DNA from: Elsinoe ampelina
Lineage: Eukaryota
Direction: 5' to 3'
Length of the DNA stretch: 64,000 bases
NCBI GenBank assembly: GCA_010093995.1
Contig: ML992510.1
Span: forward strand, 799,127 to 863,126
Both the position numbers and the translations under genes were made by a program. Positions within the stretch are counted from its first letter, which is position 1. The number at the start of each line of letters is the position of its first letter. The notes below the pieces were generated by a model that saw only the letters and a list, made by a program, of their open reading frames with translations, did not search any database and was not told the DNA's origin. Positions 49,938-64,000 of the stretch are shown here, in pieces.

Positions 49938-52799
49938 GGAGTCTGGGTGGACAAGGAGACGCATGAGATTGATGACGAATGAGAATGGAGGGTGGGCGTG
50001 GGAGAGGAGAAAAGGCCGCTCATTAGAGACGAGATATTTGCCAAGAGGGGCAGGGTTAGTGTGTCAAGTGGTCGAATGGATCATGGATCGAGAGGTTGGC
50101 TTGCACGTCAAAGCGGACTTTGTGGATCCTTTGGGTGTGTGCAGTGCTTTGACGAGAATTAGACGACCGGGAAGACAAGGCTGAAGAGGACTGAGCTAAT
50201 CACGAATGAGAGATGCTCGAGGGGAGGGTGACAAGCTTCTGGAATTGATGCAAAAAAACAGTCGGAAGGTCGGGTACGGTTTGGGGAACGATACGTGGGT
50301 CGAGAGTCAGTGCATGGCTGCCAATGTGGGTTCCTTCTTCGGGACGCATGTCAACTGACTCGGTGGTTTCCGTCTTTGCATAATTGGACCAGAGGTATAT
50401 GTTCCTTGCATGGCTTTGTGTAGAGTGTCTGCATGATGTGGGACTTTTGTTAAGGAGTCCCACAACTTGGCATGATCTCTCCAAGCACAACAAGCTGAAT
50501 AAACACACCTTTTCTGCGGTACGATTGGGTTGGGCAGCAAGTCGTCGGAGCCCAAGGCCGGGTTGAAATTAAACATTAGCAAAAGGCAGATGCATCAGAC
50601 ATCGGTCGAACCAAGCCGAACAGTGATCGGCAATGCGCATGCCTTCTTGGTCCATCTTGGAAAAGATCCACGTTGACGTTGCCAAAGATATTCGAGGGCT
50701 TCGCGTGAGATCCGAGTGCCTTGACTTGGCTCGTTCGCATGGCATACAGATCGAACGAGGCTGTGTGGTCGTCGGGAAATTTCTCAAGCAAATCGGAAGT
50801 CAAACTCCACATGGCGAAACAACAGCGACGGAAAAGACAGCAATGATTGTCGACGAAGGCGGCTGTGGGTGCAGACGGTGACGACGCGGAGAGTCCGGTC
50901 CAAGGCGCGTTACGACATGCACATAATCGCACGGGACCTGGCTACCGCTTCATAGTGCAAGAATCATCTCTCGATTCGACTCGATTTGACCTCGACGAGA
51001 GTCAAGAGTGGTGCTCGTTTCATCAAAGCCTGGTCAAAAGTCGGCGGCGTCGTGCTGGTCGCAAGCACAAGCATCTCCGAGACATCTCCACGTCTTTATG
51101 AATCCAGCCCCGAAGGAGCTGCACTGGTACGGTCGGCGGCACAGGCGCAATCATCATCCGGTCGCGATGGTGCGGGCAGTCTGTGCTGAAGAGGAGTATC
51201 GGGACGCACATCTCACGTGGCTTCATCCCCTTCCAGAATGAGTGCAACCAAGGTTGATCGTCTACAAAGGCCCTGACGAGATGAGGACACTCTCTCCGCA
51301 TGATAATCGAGGATGAAGGAAGGGTGTCTGTTGCGGCGCAAATTAAGCCATGATCAAGCCATGGGCGACATGTCCAGACCAGACCAGACCAGACTGCGCC
51401 CGTGAGATTTGGTAGAGTGGCCGAGGGATCTTTTAGATGACAAGGGCAAGAAATTTACGCTTTGGGTTGGCCAACCAGGAACCAAAAGGCAAAACACGCT
51501 TGACAGTTGAGTTAGTATTTTGTGGACGTGTCGTCGACGGGATACCAACCAGCAGGCATCTCGTGAGCCGCCCGAACGCCAGATCTCCAAGCCGCATTCA
51601 GGGACACTTCGCAATTGAGATCCGTGAAATTTAGATCCGTGTGAAATCTGAGCCTTTTGCTCATACTGACGACACAAAAGCAATATCAATAGCCGGCGGG
51701 GTCTGGCAGTTTTGGTGTCCGCGACTCCGCCCGGGAATCAGAAGCTGGATCAAATTTCAGGCCCCGAGGCCACAGGCCACACCAGACACGCCAGGTAACC
51801 CAAGACGCGTCAAAACACGCGCCGAGGGAACATGCGACGGCAACCCCCGCCGGCTCCAACATTTCCAAGCCCTATCGCTGCCTGGTTATCATTTCTTGCG
51901 CAATCAATAAGTCGCTCACTTCATCTCGGTCTGTCGTATAGAGAAATTGATCCCAGTTGTGGTACTGCCCACCTCACGGACACGCTGATCTCATCTGGTC
52001 GCCCTTCACCACGTGGTGGCTGGCGGCAGTGGCCCTATACGCCAGCCCATCTGCGAATTTACAAGATAGACACAAAGTTTGATGGACGACATGGATGCAT
52101 TCCCTCATGCACGAATGCTTGTCCACGTCCCTCGACCAGGATGGTAGAAGAGCACGAGCCCTTCTACAAATTCAATAACTACCAATGAATCTGAGCCGGT
52201 ACATCAAACCACGGTACTATTTCTACATTGTATGATACTGCATTTTGGATAAATCCGTTCACAACGTGTCCACTACTATAAACACTGCTTGCGTCACAGT
52301 CGTTCATCTCGACTCGACTGTAGCTTAGCTCCCAGGGCTTCTACCGTCGACGCAAGCTGTTCCGCACATTATACCAGGTTGCGAGTCAGCATCCCAGATG
52401 ACTGTAGCGCAATATCCCTTACAACGGAAAGCTCAGCATCTTCAGTTTTGGGTCCTCACAGACATCATGCCGCCCACTCTTCACGTCACGACTACCTCTC
52501 TTTTCCTCGCACGCACAACGGAGCCCCAAGGCAGATCAGAGACACGGCTCTGACAGCTTCGATAGTCACAGCTCGAGTAGGACAACCCCTTGATCAATTG
52601 CTAGTGCAAGCTGCACGGTCCTGTCTGGCAAGGACCAAGGCCCCGAAGCGTCTACTCGTACCAAGAGTCTGCACACCGAATGGACATCCAAGCAAGCCTC
52701 CGTCAGAGTGAATAAAACTACCAGCAGGTAGCATCTAACAAGGTAGGCGACTATTATGGAAAACCAATGTTCATTCCATACATGCCTGGAATGGCAGGC

Positions 52800-53605
52800 A
52801 CAATCTCACTATACATTATACATTCACCACCATCGTCACACTCCCCATCCTTTCCCTCTCCACCANNNNNNNNNNAAGAATACTGCACCACCTCCTGCCC
52901 CTGCTCCCAATCCTGCGGCGCCCCCCTCATCCCCCTCCACCTATGCACAACCACACACGCATACACGAACGTCGCAAACGTAAACCCCCTGTCGATCGTC
53001 AGCCTCATCTCTCCCCCCTCCCCTTCCTCTCCGTCCACGCCTTCTGCAAAAGGAACTACTCACACAAGCAAAACCGCCGGTATCGCCGCCAACGCGAAAC
53101 CCCCCGCCCACACCATGACAATGACAGCCAACACAAAGTAAAACGCCCAGACGATCAGCTTGGCGATGTTGGACACGAGGTAGAAGACTGGGTTCAGCTT
53201 GCCTTTGGCGTAGAGGAGGGCTTCTACGCCGTCGAGGAGGAGGGTGCCGAGCGTGAAGCCGGCTATGAGGGCGAAGCTGCGGCTGGGGACGGGGTTAGGG
53301 TGGTACTGCCGATGGGGGAGGGAGGGGGGAGGGAGGGGGGAGGAGGGGAGGAGACGAGGGGGGAGCACGGGAGGTGTGACTCGCGAGGGGGACAGACGGG
53401 TGTGGAAGCAGAGGGTGAGGACAAGAGGCACTTACCCAAGCGCACCCCGGACGTCATCGTAGTCGCTGTCCGAGTAGATCCAGTTGTTCAGGACTACATA
53501 GTCTTTGACTCCAAGCGCGAAGAGGATGACGCAGATGATTAGTCTGGGCACCCAGGTCCAGATGAGCGTGGAGCGGGTGTAGAGGTCTTTGGTGTTGGAG
53601 AGCAT
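52800..53605 (-). CDS. Four-TM (MARVEL-like) membrane protein, paralog A; 3' end obscured by the assembly gap
   Basis: WTWVPRLIICVILF, SFALIAGFTLGTLLLDGVE, LNPVFYLVSNIAK; two introns. Confidence 0.65.
52866..52875. other. Assembly gap (10 N)
   Basis: Run of N in the sequence. Confidence 1.
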
Positions 53606-54195
53606 TATGCCCAGCTCTGTTGATCTCACACCTCGCAAGTGGAGGAAATATCCTACACCGCTTGTGTTTACTACGTCGGGATAAGGTGTATGCCGTGTGG
53701 TCCTGGGCGGCTTTGCTGTCCGCACTGCTGTCGTTCCCTTTCAAGTATACAGTTCACCAGCACACTACTACGAAATCAACAAGCCCAAAGTCAGGCGGGC
53801 CTGAGGAATACTTATCCTTCTACAAACCACCAGAAATTGGCGAGGATTTGGGGGGCACGGGCTGGTGGGGATGCACACCGGAGGGAGGGAGAGGTGCCAA
53901 GGGAGGCACGTGGGTTTTGAGGCGCTTGTTTTGAGGATTTGCCTTGTTGAGGTGGCACAGTCATAACAATACGGACATTCATACATGCTTAGGGACGGGA
54001 AGAATGGCATTGCACAAATAAGTGAATCGTTTGTATGATGGTCAACCTTTGATCCGTTGTCTAGCCTATTCATGCAATCGGTATCAAAGGGAAGGAAACG
54101 CCTTGTCCGGTCTATGCTGGGTATTGTACTAACAAAGATTGGTGCTTCTATGAACACGATGATAGCGCCAGAGTATGGGAGGTCGAATTCAAGGC

Positions 54196-54803
54196 TCATG
54201 CGTCTTGGATCTCAGTAGCGGCACCATGCTTGCTGATATTGGCAGCCTGCTTCTTGTCCATCCGACGGTGGTGCACGAGCATGGAAGAGTAGGTGAGGGA
54301 TGCGATAGTCAAGGCACTGCGAGAGGATCAGCATACATCGCGCGGCATTTAGGAGAAAGACCTACAGTAGCAAGACCACAGGGAAAATAGTCGCGCTGAA
54401 TGAAGATGCGATGACCATGGCCACGATCAGTGCTGTCAAGTAGAATGCCCACATGATGAACTTGATGATGTTGGACACCAGTAGAGCAACAGGGTGGAGC
54501 TTCTGAATGGCCAGGAGGACAGCCTCAATGAGATCGAGGACGATGGTACCAGCTGTGAAAGCTGCTATGATGCCGAAGCTGCCACTGTGAAGGTTGTCAG
54601 AGGCTATATTGACATGGCGGGGGTATTGCGTACTCGAGAACAGTGTCCCAATCTGACTTTGATGATGTGTCATCGTACATTGACTCCAAGACGACATAGC
54701 CTCTGATGGCGAACCCGAGGAGGATAACACAGATGATGCAGCGAGGGATCCAGGTCCAGACGAGTACGCTACGTCTGATGCCATTCTGGTGAATTTGAGA
54801 CAT
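54196..54803 (-). CDS. Four-TM (MARVEL-like) membrane protein, paralog B
   Basis: WTWIPRCIICVILL, SFGIIAAFTAGTIVLDLIE, LHPVALLVSNIIK; same two-intron layout as paralog A. Confidence 0.7.
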
Positions 54804-56812
54804 GGCGGTGAAGGTCGTGGAGCTTTAAGATACGTCAAGTGTATGAGTAAGAAACGACTTGTGTCTGATGGACGCTGATGAGATGGAATGCTTCAACTGT
54901 GCATCGAGCATCACGATACTTATTCTTCACGCTTCGCTATCCAAGACAGAAGCAAGGCGTTACAGCTCTGAGTATCAGGCTAGTATACATGGCGCAGTGT
55001 CTTTCAGGCCATGCCAACCATGGTGGATGTACTCACGATCAACTCCCAAGATGGTCTGTGTGAGATGTTGTATGGTGATAGTGCTCAGCGCGGCTGAGGC
55101 ACTGCGCCGCAGAGAACCAATCGATCGAGCCTGTAGCCCGGCCAATCACGTCGACGTGTCAATTCGCCAGGTTTGCCTTGGGAAAACAAAACCATCGAAC
55201 CAGAGAGCTAGGCCTGCCGCTGCGGTGATACAGCAAAGTGATCGCTGGCATGGAACGACCTTGGTGAACGACCTTGGTGAACAGACTATGCACAAGACAA
55301 CAGGAATAAAGGGTAGAGCAGAGAATGTGCAAGCGAGACTGGGTAAGGGGAATGATAAGATGGATCGATAGCGTCCTGTTCAGTAATTCTGAAAGGTCGT
55401 GCTGCCGAAGATTGATTGAAGACGATCCTTGATTCGAGTGCGGTGGGCAAATCGACAAGCAGTAGGAGTAGTGACCATGCCATCGCATGCAATGACATTC
55501 CTCCGTAGATCATCCAAGCCGCGGCATGTGTCTACCGCAAGTATCTACCGCAACTGTAGGCGAGGTGCGGATTCATATCAAAGGCTTAGCATTCCCCTTG
55601 TCGCTATTGCACATGGAACTTGAGCATGGTCTGCAGTAGCGGCATGGATGCTGCCCGCCATGCAAAGCTCTATAGTGTCACAACGCCTAGATGTAGCTTC
55701 TTGGTGATAAGATACTGCACGGTACTTAAGCTTACAATCTCCATGTCCGTAACAGGCAGGTCGGACCTTTCTTTGCTATACTAACATCACATCTCCGTGT
55801 TACTGCCGCCCTACGATTCAGAGACACGATCATCTGAGAGGTGTGAGGACTCCATCAGATCTCGGCGATCATCTTCCCCACACTTCGGCGATCAGGTACG
55901 GCCAGGTACCCGGGGTTGATCTCAGAGATCCATGTTGTAGATCGATGCTTGGTCGGTCAAGCATTCGAAATATGAGACCTGGATGCTACAATAGATCATT
56001 CGAGGATGCTTATACGTGTAGGGTCAAACATGTGAGTTTTGAACCCAGGTGTGCAGCATCTGTGCAGCATCTCTTACCATTGAACTCGGCGAATGGTCTA
56101 GCGAGATGATTTAGAAAGGAACGAGTTGGCTTCCAGCTAGAACAGGTACGAGCTGTACCCCCGCTTCACGCCGAGCTCGAGCTATGATTAGTGGTCTTTC
56201 CAATAGGCGCTGATAGTACCAAGTCCAGCCACAGCATCACCGCCCGGTCGACAGCAACTCAAGCGAGCAGAAAAAAGTGACGGTGAAGCCCCTGTAAGTA
56301 ACTTGTAACTCTCCAACAAGTGTGCTTCTCCGCTCCTGAGTGGCCAATTTCTCCTCATGTACATCGTCGATCTGCAATCTGATATGATAGCTTCGAGTTG
56401 GTTGCTTCCCATGTTTCGAACTTGACTCCTTTATCTCCTCAGTGAAGTGCATCGCGTAGCGATATCATGCTCGCCTGACAGTGTTTGCCTTCAAGCGAGC
56501 ATGAAGTCTGAGCTCGTGGTCAAAGTAATTGGTTAAGGACTGCCTCTTAGAGTTGGTGTCACTGGTTCGAACGTCGATTGCCACTGTTTTCTGTGATCCT
56601 GAAGGGAATACCTCGTACGACCTTGCTCTGGATAGAGTCAAGCAGAAGAGGAGAAGTCGGGACATCAATGCGCGAAGAGCCTCCAGCATCCAGGTATAAG
56701 TATGGCCTTCAAGTCCACCTTGACCAGGAAACCAGCAGCACAACAGCCTTTCAACAAACAACAATCACTCAACAAGACCAAACGATCTTTCAGATCTTCA
56801 ATTCCATTCAAA

Positions 56813-57232
56813 ATGCAGTTCACCATTTCCACCATCCTTGCCCTTGCGGCCATCCCAGCCTTTGCTGCTCCCTCTGGCGAGATTGAGAGGAGAGTCATCG
56901 GACAACAATGCCGCATCACCGGCATCGCCATTGCTGGTAACCCAGCTCGGTAAGTTTCAATGCTAGAGAAGAGGACCACAGCTGACCAGATTGATAGCCC
57001 AGCGAACATTGATGGTAACTGCCAGACCACCGCAGTCTGCGGCAACGTCGGCGGTATCTCCTTCGGTAACTGCCCTGGCGGCGGTTCCTGCTGCTTCAAG
57101 TTCGATTGCGCCGGACCCAATAGCAACAGCGCCTGCTTGAACCCCACCCTCGCTGGTGACAGCCCGCCAGGCCCTGGTCGTTTCGTCAACGGTCTTTGCC
57201 CACCCAACCTTCGCTGCTTCCAGCTTTTGTAG
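56813..57232 (+). CDS. Small secreted cysteine-rich protein (effector candidate); intron 56950-56997
   Basis: Signal peptide MQFTISTILALAAIPAFA, Kex2-type ERR, 10 Cys in the ~96-aa mature part. Confidence 0.88.
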
Positions 57233-57687
57233 ATGGAGAGAATCGCGTGGATTCACAATGGTCCAGTCCGGAGGAGCTTGGTCTTGTTGAGCTGAAGGTT
57301 GATCGAAGTTTTCCTTTCGATTTGGTACATAGTTGAGTTGATACGGCTTGGAGAGACATAGCTGCCAGAATGACAAATTTGTCGTTTCCTATACCTGAAT
57401 CCCCGAATGACGTCGGCTCTGTGTGTAGACGGTGACCTGAATAAAGATATGGGAATGAAACCTACTACTCGATGTCAACTATCACTATGAATTCATGCGG
57501 TGTATCAGTCACTGTTGTCTCTGTTGTACAATACGTTGTGTAGAGAGGAGGAGAGGAAGAACGCCCACTCGGATACCACGGAGAGCGAAAAATGCCAAGA
57601 CTTGCCCTCGGCTTCATCTCGTGGAATTTTTGACTGGCGTGAGAGCACCCTATCGATCGACAACTAACTTCCTGACATCGAGGCAGC

Positions 57688-59204
57688 ATGGCGACCAACA
57701 TTTGTTTGAGATGTCTTACTAGACCATCTCCATCCTTGCGACCCTTGCGACCCTTGCACCCTGTTGGCAATGCCTTTTCGACCTCTACAGCCCGAGCTGC
57801 GAAGCCAGCCAAATCGATACCAAAGAAGAAGTCAGTCAATGCAGCCAAGGGAGCCGCAAGGAAAGGCGGCGCCGGAGCCTTTTCATTCAAAGACAGAGGG
57901 CAGCGACAGCTCGCGAATAGCGCCAACAGAAAGGATCCAGCTGCCTTGAAGGCAATGCGCAAGAGAATCGTCCTTAGCAATACCAATGCTCTGGAAGTCG
58001 AGGGATTACGAGAGCTCACAGCGGACAATGCGACGCAGATCGGCGAGATCTTGACGCTGAATAATGATTCGATCGATGCTTTAAGAGCTGCCGAGGCATT
58101 TAAACACAATCAAGGATGGAACATGTTTCGACGACCGAGTACGCTGGTAACGCAACATGCACATGAATTGGCGTCGATCGTCAATACCATCACGACCGAC
58201 AAGACATCGCGAAAAGAGTTCATCACAGGGGAAAGAGGCAGCGGAAAGTCTGTACTAGCACTGCAGGCAAAGGCATATGCATTTCAGAAAGGATGGGCCG
58301 TGATACACATTCCAGAAGGTATAGTCACTCCCTGAGAAGCAAAGAGGTCCTATGGTTACCAACTAGGGCTCTTGAAACGAAGCTGACCGAAACAGGCCAA
58401 GATCTATCCATCTCACATACGACCTACGCTCCATTACGGTCTGGCACCACCACACTCTACACCCAACCCGAGTACCTCTCGAGCTTACTAGCACGCATCT
58501 CCAAATCCTCCCCCATCCTCGCCAACCTCAGCCTCTCACAGAAACACTCCCTCCCCATCCCCATCCAATCCAACATTTCCCTGGCTCGCCTCTGCGATCT
58601 CGGCGCCTCCGACCCCTCAATCTCACACCCCATTTTCGAAGCCCTCCTCACCGAACTCCTCACTCCCTCCACAGAAACCCACCCCCGTCCCCCTCTCCTC
58701 TTCTCCCTTGACTGCTTCCCCCACGTCGCCCGGAAAACCTCCTATCTCGACCCCACCAACCAACCCATCCACGGCTTCGACCTCACCCTCGTCCGGACCT
58801 TCATCGATCTCCTCCGCGGCACCACCCCCCTTCCCAACGGCGGACTGATTCTCGCCCTCGACTCAGGGAACAACCGCCCCTCTTCGCCCGCATTGGACTT
58901 CAGCATCGCCAGCGCCCTCCAACGCCAAGCCCAGCCCGACCAAACGACTGGCTCCAAAACCCCATTCTTGAACCCGTACGTACCATTCGATGCCCGCGTC
59001 ACCGAGGCGTTGAAAGAGGTACACGTGCGCAACCTCGAGGGACTGAGCAAGGAAGAAACGAAAGGGATGATGGAGTACTACGCCCGCTCTGGGATCTTGC
59101 GGGCCGCGGTGGACGAGAGAGCAGTGAGTGAGGCGTGGACGTTGGGGGGCAGTGGGACGATCGGGGAGATCGAGGGCGCGATGACGAGGTTGAGGGTGCT
59201 TTAG
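57688..59204 (+). CDS. RSM23: Mitochondrial ribosomal small subunit protein mS29 (DAP3); intron 58319-58395
   Basis: Mitochondrial presequence, RKRIVLSNTNAL, QGWNMFRRP, P-loop GERGSGKS, MEYYARSG. Confidence 0.92.
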
Positions 59205-60161
59205 CTGGGCGGCGGGGGATGTCCTGGGACAATTCTGTCTTGATGTGTACGGCGGTCAGGGGCAAGAGAGCACCAGGGCGGTCGAGGCGCGGGGGGAGGA
59301 GAGGGAAACGAGGGGAGGAGGGATGTAGATATCTGTACAATGGAGCGTGGAGCAGAGGTATGCAGTTGCTTCGGCGGGGTTTGTAAGATGCATGGTCGTG
59401 TGTATTCCCCAATTGGACCGGTGGATGGTGGGACTACTGCCAGTCGAATCGTGTGATGAGGATCTGGGATTGACTTCTTTCTACGATATCTAACTATGGT
59501 CTCCATCCGGCCCTGTGCGTTGGGTACTTCTGGCTCGGATCCAGCCGTTCCCACGTGCTTGAGCTCTCCCCATGTTCTCCGGTGGAAGCTTCAACGAAGG
59601 AAGCGTCCCTTGCCCGTGGGTCGGGTAACGGTCAACCTTGATCGAGCAGATCTTCGGTTGTTAGTCGAATGAAATCCATAATTACCAGGGTACAAGGAGG
59701 GGTGGGCTGGTCATGGGAAACAGGAAGGACAGTTCAGTATACCGATTAATCATGCTATAAGGGGTATGATATGATACACACTCGCTATCTATGCCACTTT
59801 CCCTGTCCTCTCTCTCAAGAGAAGAAATTAATTCCCGGCACTGTCATTTGGCCAGGACAAACGTATGGAAGAGCAAAGAACCAACCAATGCAAACGCCCG
59901 CTGGAGTGGGCTGGTATTACTGCTCTGTCTGTCGTCCTTCCTGTTGAGCAGAAGTCCTTTTCTCTCATTCATCGCGGTCGTCATGGCGCACGCCGTAAGT
60001 TGCAAGTCGCAGCAGTGCGGGAAAATGATAAGGCCGTGAGGCCAGTGTCTCTACCAGGTATCCTCTCTCGGAACGGGGTCGACACCAGATCTGTGCCGTT
60101 CGTCGCGGGTGTCCCTCATTTTACTAGTACAGACATGCGAGACTGGCGCTGGTAGCCGTCC

Positions 60162-61480
60162 TCAGTCTTCATCGTCGTCGTCCTTGCCGCCCTTGGCCGC
60201 GTCTTTTCGGATTGGGATCTTGATGCCTTGACCGGCGAAGCATTTGCTCAGTGGTGTAGACTCGATGACGCCAGGGAATTTCTTGGCCGAGTAGACCTGG
60301 AAGGCGTTTGAAAAGACCGAGGAGAGGACGGCGGTCTTGCCGTGATTGATTTTATTCTCTTCTTTGCCGACGGGAGAGGCGTGGGTGCCGATGTCCATGA
60401 AGGACATTTTGAGTCTAAGATCACATTAGTTGTGTCTAACAGTTTTCAGCAAAATTGCACTTACCGGAATGACCCTTCCGTTCTCACTGACAAATCTTGT
60501 AGAATGAACCAGTGGCCGAGCTTGCCATCCGAGTCCTTGAGTGTAAAGGCGTTGACCGTCAAGCTTCCGATCAGATTGCGCGTGAACATGCCCGACTGCT
60601 GTTGCGCAGCGGGACTGTAAGGAACCGGCGCACCTCCATACGAGGTTTGAGGGTATGCAGGTGATCCAGGAGGTGGCTGTCCTCCATATCCTTGTGAATA
60701 AGCTGGCTGGTAGGGATACCCTGGAGCAGCCTGTCCGTACACACCAGGATGCGCTTGTGGTTGTGAGTAGACACCCCCTTGCGCATAGCCTGGGGCTGCA
60801 CCAGGTACGCCATAACCTTGACCGCTGTACATTGGTGGTGCCGAATATAATGGGCGTTCAGGTGGAACAGGAAATGATGTCGTCGTTGCTGTTGATATCG
60901 ACACAGCCGGGCTGTTGCTAGAGGAGCGGACAATGTTCTTCTCTTGAGTTGCTGAATCATCCCAAAGGTCGACAGAAAGCAAGAAGAAAGCAGGATCAAT
61001 CTCGCTGAACACGCATTAGAAAATTGCTTCCCTCAAATCCGATCTTGATACGTACTCAGCGGGTACCTCTTCACCGGTAGTCATGTCTGTGACAATGACG
61101 CGCACGCAAGGGGGAGGAGTAATTGGTCTTCGGTCCTGTAATTCTGTCAGCCGTGTGCGCAAAGCCTGTTGCAGCTCAATCGCTCACTTTGTCGCCAAAA
61201 CCACACATGCGCGCGCGGATTGGTTGTTGGTCAATTACAAGTCTAGATGAAGATCAGACGGACGATTCGCGCAACTCTCGCGAAACACTTACGTGAACTG
61301 GTAGTTTCCCCTCGTTCCATTGTACTTGGGTGGCTCCCCTGTTGACTGAATTCCAGACTGCGGCACGACCTGCATGCCTTGCTGGGATCCCGCAGACATT
61401 GGCGGGCGATCCATTAGGCTGGGATGTGCTGCGTGAGGGAATGGTGGTAAAGATGGATGTGTAGCTGTCTGCATAGACAT
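60162..61480 (-). CDS. velB: Velvet-family regulator VelB (four introns)
   Basis: [24 protein letters not shown]; split velvet domain with a Tyr/Pro/Gly insert; [48 protein letters not shown]. Confidence 0.93.
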
Positions 61481-63456
61481 TCTGTAAGAGCTCGAGAACT
61501 GAAGTCCACTTCCCGACAGAAATTTTTGACTTTGAAGCTTGAGCAAGTCGCGAACCAGATGTGTGATGTCCTGCGATCCGGCGGGGTCGATTAGAGCGTC
61601 CGGCGCCCTATATCAGGTATCCTCGCGTAGAATAGAGGGGCAGGTCCGAGTAGAACAAAGACTGGCTGAGCTGGCGCGCGGATCCAAGCAATGACGTGGT
61701 CAATGCACTTACAGATACAAACGGTTTTGTAATTCCAGTCCGACGGCGCTCAGGTCGTACAATCCGAAGGCGTGCAGCGGGGATGGGTCGCTCCGGTGCA
61801 GGAAGAGTGGATCGCTGTGCGACGTCGAAATTGTAAAATTAGTGGTCGCGTGTGCTGGACGCGATGCAGGCGACGCTGATTCCGGTCCAAGCGTACACAG
61901 GGGATTATCGTGGGATGGAGACGAAGCTCGTCAAGTCCGACAAAGATGAATGTTCTGCGCGGCGGAGGTTTATGGGATGTCGTGTCGAAAGATCAGCGGT
62001 GGAGGGTGCCTGAATCGTGTGCGGTGTGTGGTGGGGTCGTGATCGTCAAAGATTGCGCGGATTAGAGCGAAAGATCGGTTCGTGCGAAGCTGGCAGTGGG
62101 AGAGGAAAGATGGTAGATCTAAAGATGGGACAAGATTCATCAAAAGGGTAGCCCGGAAGTGGTTTATGACGGGCCGCAGAGTGATCGAGAGACGAGACGG
62201 AGGGACAGCAACGGTGTACCGCCTTCTTAGGTAGTCTGTACCATCGTCCTTCAACAGCTGCCCGTGTCGCGGACCCAGACCAGCGGTAGCCCTGAAATGC
62301 CACTTTGTGTCTGTTGGGATGCTTTTGGAACGTCTGATTGGCCCCCGGGATTGAGACGGCGTTGATGCGTTACCAAACTCCTGGCAAAGACTCGGGCAAC
62401 TCCATCATCTGTCTCACTTTCGAATGCTGGTCTTGTATTGCCAGACCACCCTGCAACAAGCATCTTATCTCGGTGAGCAGAGACATGAAATCGGAAAGCT
62501 AGTCTAAAGATGCCCGACCTGCGACTCCGTGTCGTCCGACTCGGGGTGCAGCCACGCCATCGTGGGTTCAGGCAATGGATCGACATTCCGAGATTTGGCT
62601 CTCGACCTGGGCCCCAACTTCACTGTTTGAGGGGATATTTTGGGCAGCAATTGATCCGCGGAGGCTTGTTCTTTTTTCTTGACCACGGATATATTACTAC
62701 AATAATAGATTTGATCTCTGGAAGAACGCAGGTTTCTCTTCAGCGCGTACAGCCGTGACAAGTCGGTGTGTTCTCAACAATCCTTTGCGACCCTCTATCC
62801 TGGGCTGACTGCATGCGTGACTTCTTGTTCTGGAATCATTCTTCTGTCATCATTGGCTACGGCAGTGGTCCGGCGCACGCCGAGTCTATGTTGCGTGCAT
62901 TAGCGCGGATGGATCGAAGAAGACCTCACGGGCCTGTCGACGCCATTTTCATTTCGCAGCCGAACATGCATGGATCCAGCTTGGACGAGAAACGCCATTC
63001 TTTCGGACACGACCGTCAGAAAATCATAGATTAAGTCCCACGAATCGTATGGTCACATCCCTCCGTGCTGAAAAAGGCTACAGTCCTGGATTGTACGAAG
63101 GGAAATTAGGTGTGTCTCCTGATCACGACCGTGTGAAATCTACAGGCCCATGTGGAGATTGACAAGGATCCCTGGTAGTCAGGGCCTCAAGACATGAGAC
63201 AACCATGGTCAGATCTCCTCGCTGAATCTTATCAACAAGCCTCTATGCGATCTCTGCCGTTAAACGACACGGTGACAAGAGTCAGTGGCCCTGTACAAAC
63301 CCTTGCCCATGATATCGACGGTCGATTCGTCCTCGGCCCAAGTTGCCTGAAGTGGTAGGTGTCCCTCTGACGTCACAGGTAACCTGTTCACTTTGAGCTT
63401 CACAAAGCGACGAGTGTGACAGACAATTTACCGTAGCACCCCAGGCTAAACTCATC

Positions 63457-64000
63457 ATGTCTGGTAAGATGAACACGTGTGTGTGCAGCGATAGGAACTG
63501 ACTCGATTCACAGCTCCACCTGTTGACTACTATGCCGCGCTGAACATCGACTCGAAAGCAACCCAACAGCAGATCAGAGATGCCTACAAGAAAGCAGCCC
63601 TAAAGCATCACCCAGACCGTGTACCTGCCGACAGTCCCGAGCGAGCAGCAAAGACGCGCAAGTTCCAGCAGATCAACGACGCGTACTATACTCTATCAGA
63701 CCCGACCAGGAGACGAGACTATGACAGCACACGATCAAATTTTGGTTTCGGAGGGTTTGGTGGTTTCGGTGGTGGACGAGCACCATCTGAAGAACCTGCA
63801 GATGAAGAGATACCAAGACCACATGCTAGCGAAGGCTTCCCCTGGTCAGCTTTTGGTTTCGGTGGACAAGCCAAGACCGAAGGAGATGCCCAACAGTTTA
63901 GCAACCAACAATTTGGCAGCGTATTTGAAGAGATGCTGAGGTAGGACAATCAACTAGGTATCTTGATGAGCGGCTAACAACTCTTCAGGGACGAAGGACT
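63457..64000 (+). CDS. DnaJ-domain protein (5' part, runs off window); intron 63464-63513
   Basis: VDYYAALNI..IRDAYKKAALKHHPDR..FQQINDAYYTLSD, followed by a G/F-rich region. Confidence 0.9.

Noticed and set aside
50000..52700. Short ORFs in long intergenic regions (also 14000-15100, 54850-56700, 61500-63400)
   Set aside because: No motifs, coding bias or coherent splice structure; treated as promoter/UTR DNA
59400..59720. Structured ncRNA between RSM23 and velB
   Set aside because: No recognisable snRNA, SRP, RNase P/MRP or tRNA motifs; likely 3'UTRs

Overview
Gene-dense, intron-containing genomic DNA from a filamentous ascomycete (GT-AG introns of about 50 nt with CTRAY branch sites, RIP-scarred repeats; Dothideomycete-like by inference). 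Recognisable host genes: PEX39-like, PMP47-like peroxisomal carrier, Abp2-domain protein, soluble HMG-CoA reductase, BBE-like FAD oxidase, APH-type kinase, HAM-8-like, two GPI wall proteins, enolase/RPT4 divergent pair, NAT9, ERG26-like, RSM23/DAP3, velB, a DnaJ protein and a small Cys-rich secreted protein. There are two pseudogenes (a flavin monooxygenase and a PTH11-like receptor). Mobile DNA: a RIP-destroyed 3.5-kb Tc1/IS630-type DD34E transposon with long TIRs (8618-12136) and, most interesting, an intact ~4-kb cargo-less element just downstream of RPT4. That element encodes a ~990-aa tyrosine recombinase fused to five zinc fingers. It carries an array of CTGGTAG-N16-CTACCAG palindromes with variable spacers in its 5' region and first intron, TTCG-N7-(C/T)GAA core-like sites at both ends, and a direct repeat bracketing its coding exons. 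All calls come from reading the sequence by eye; no database searches were run.
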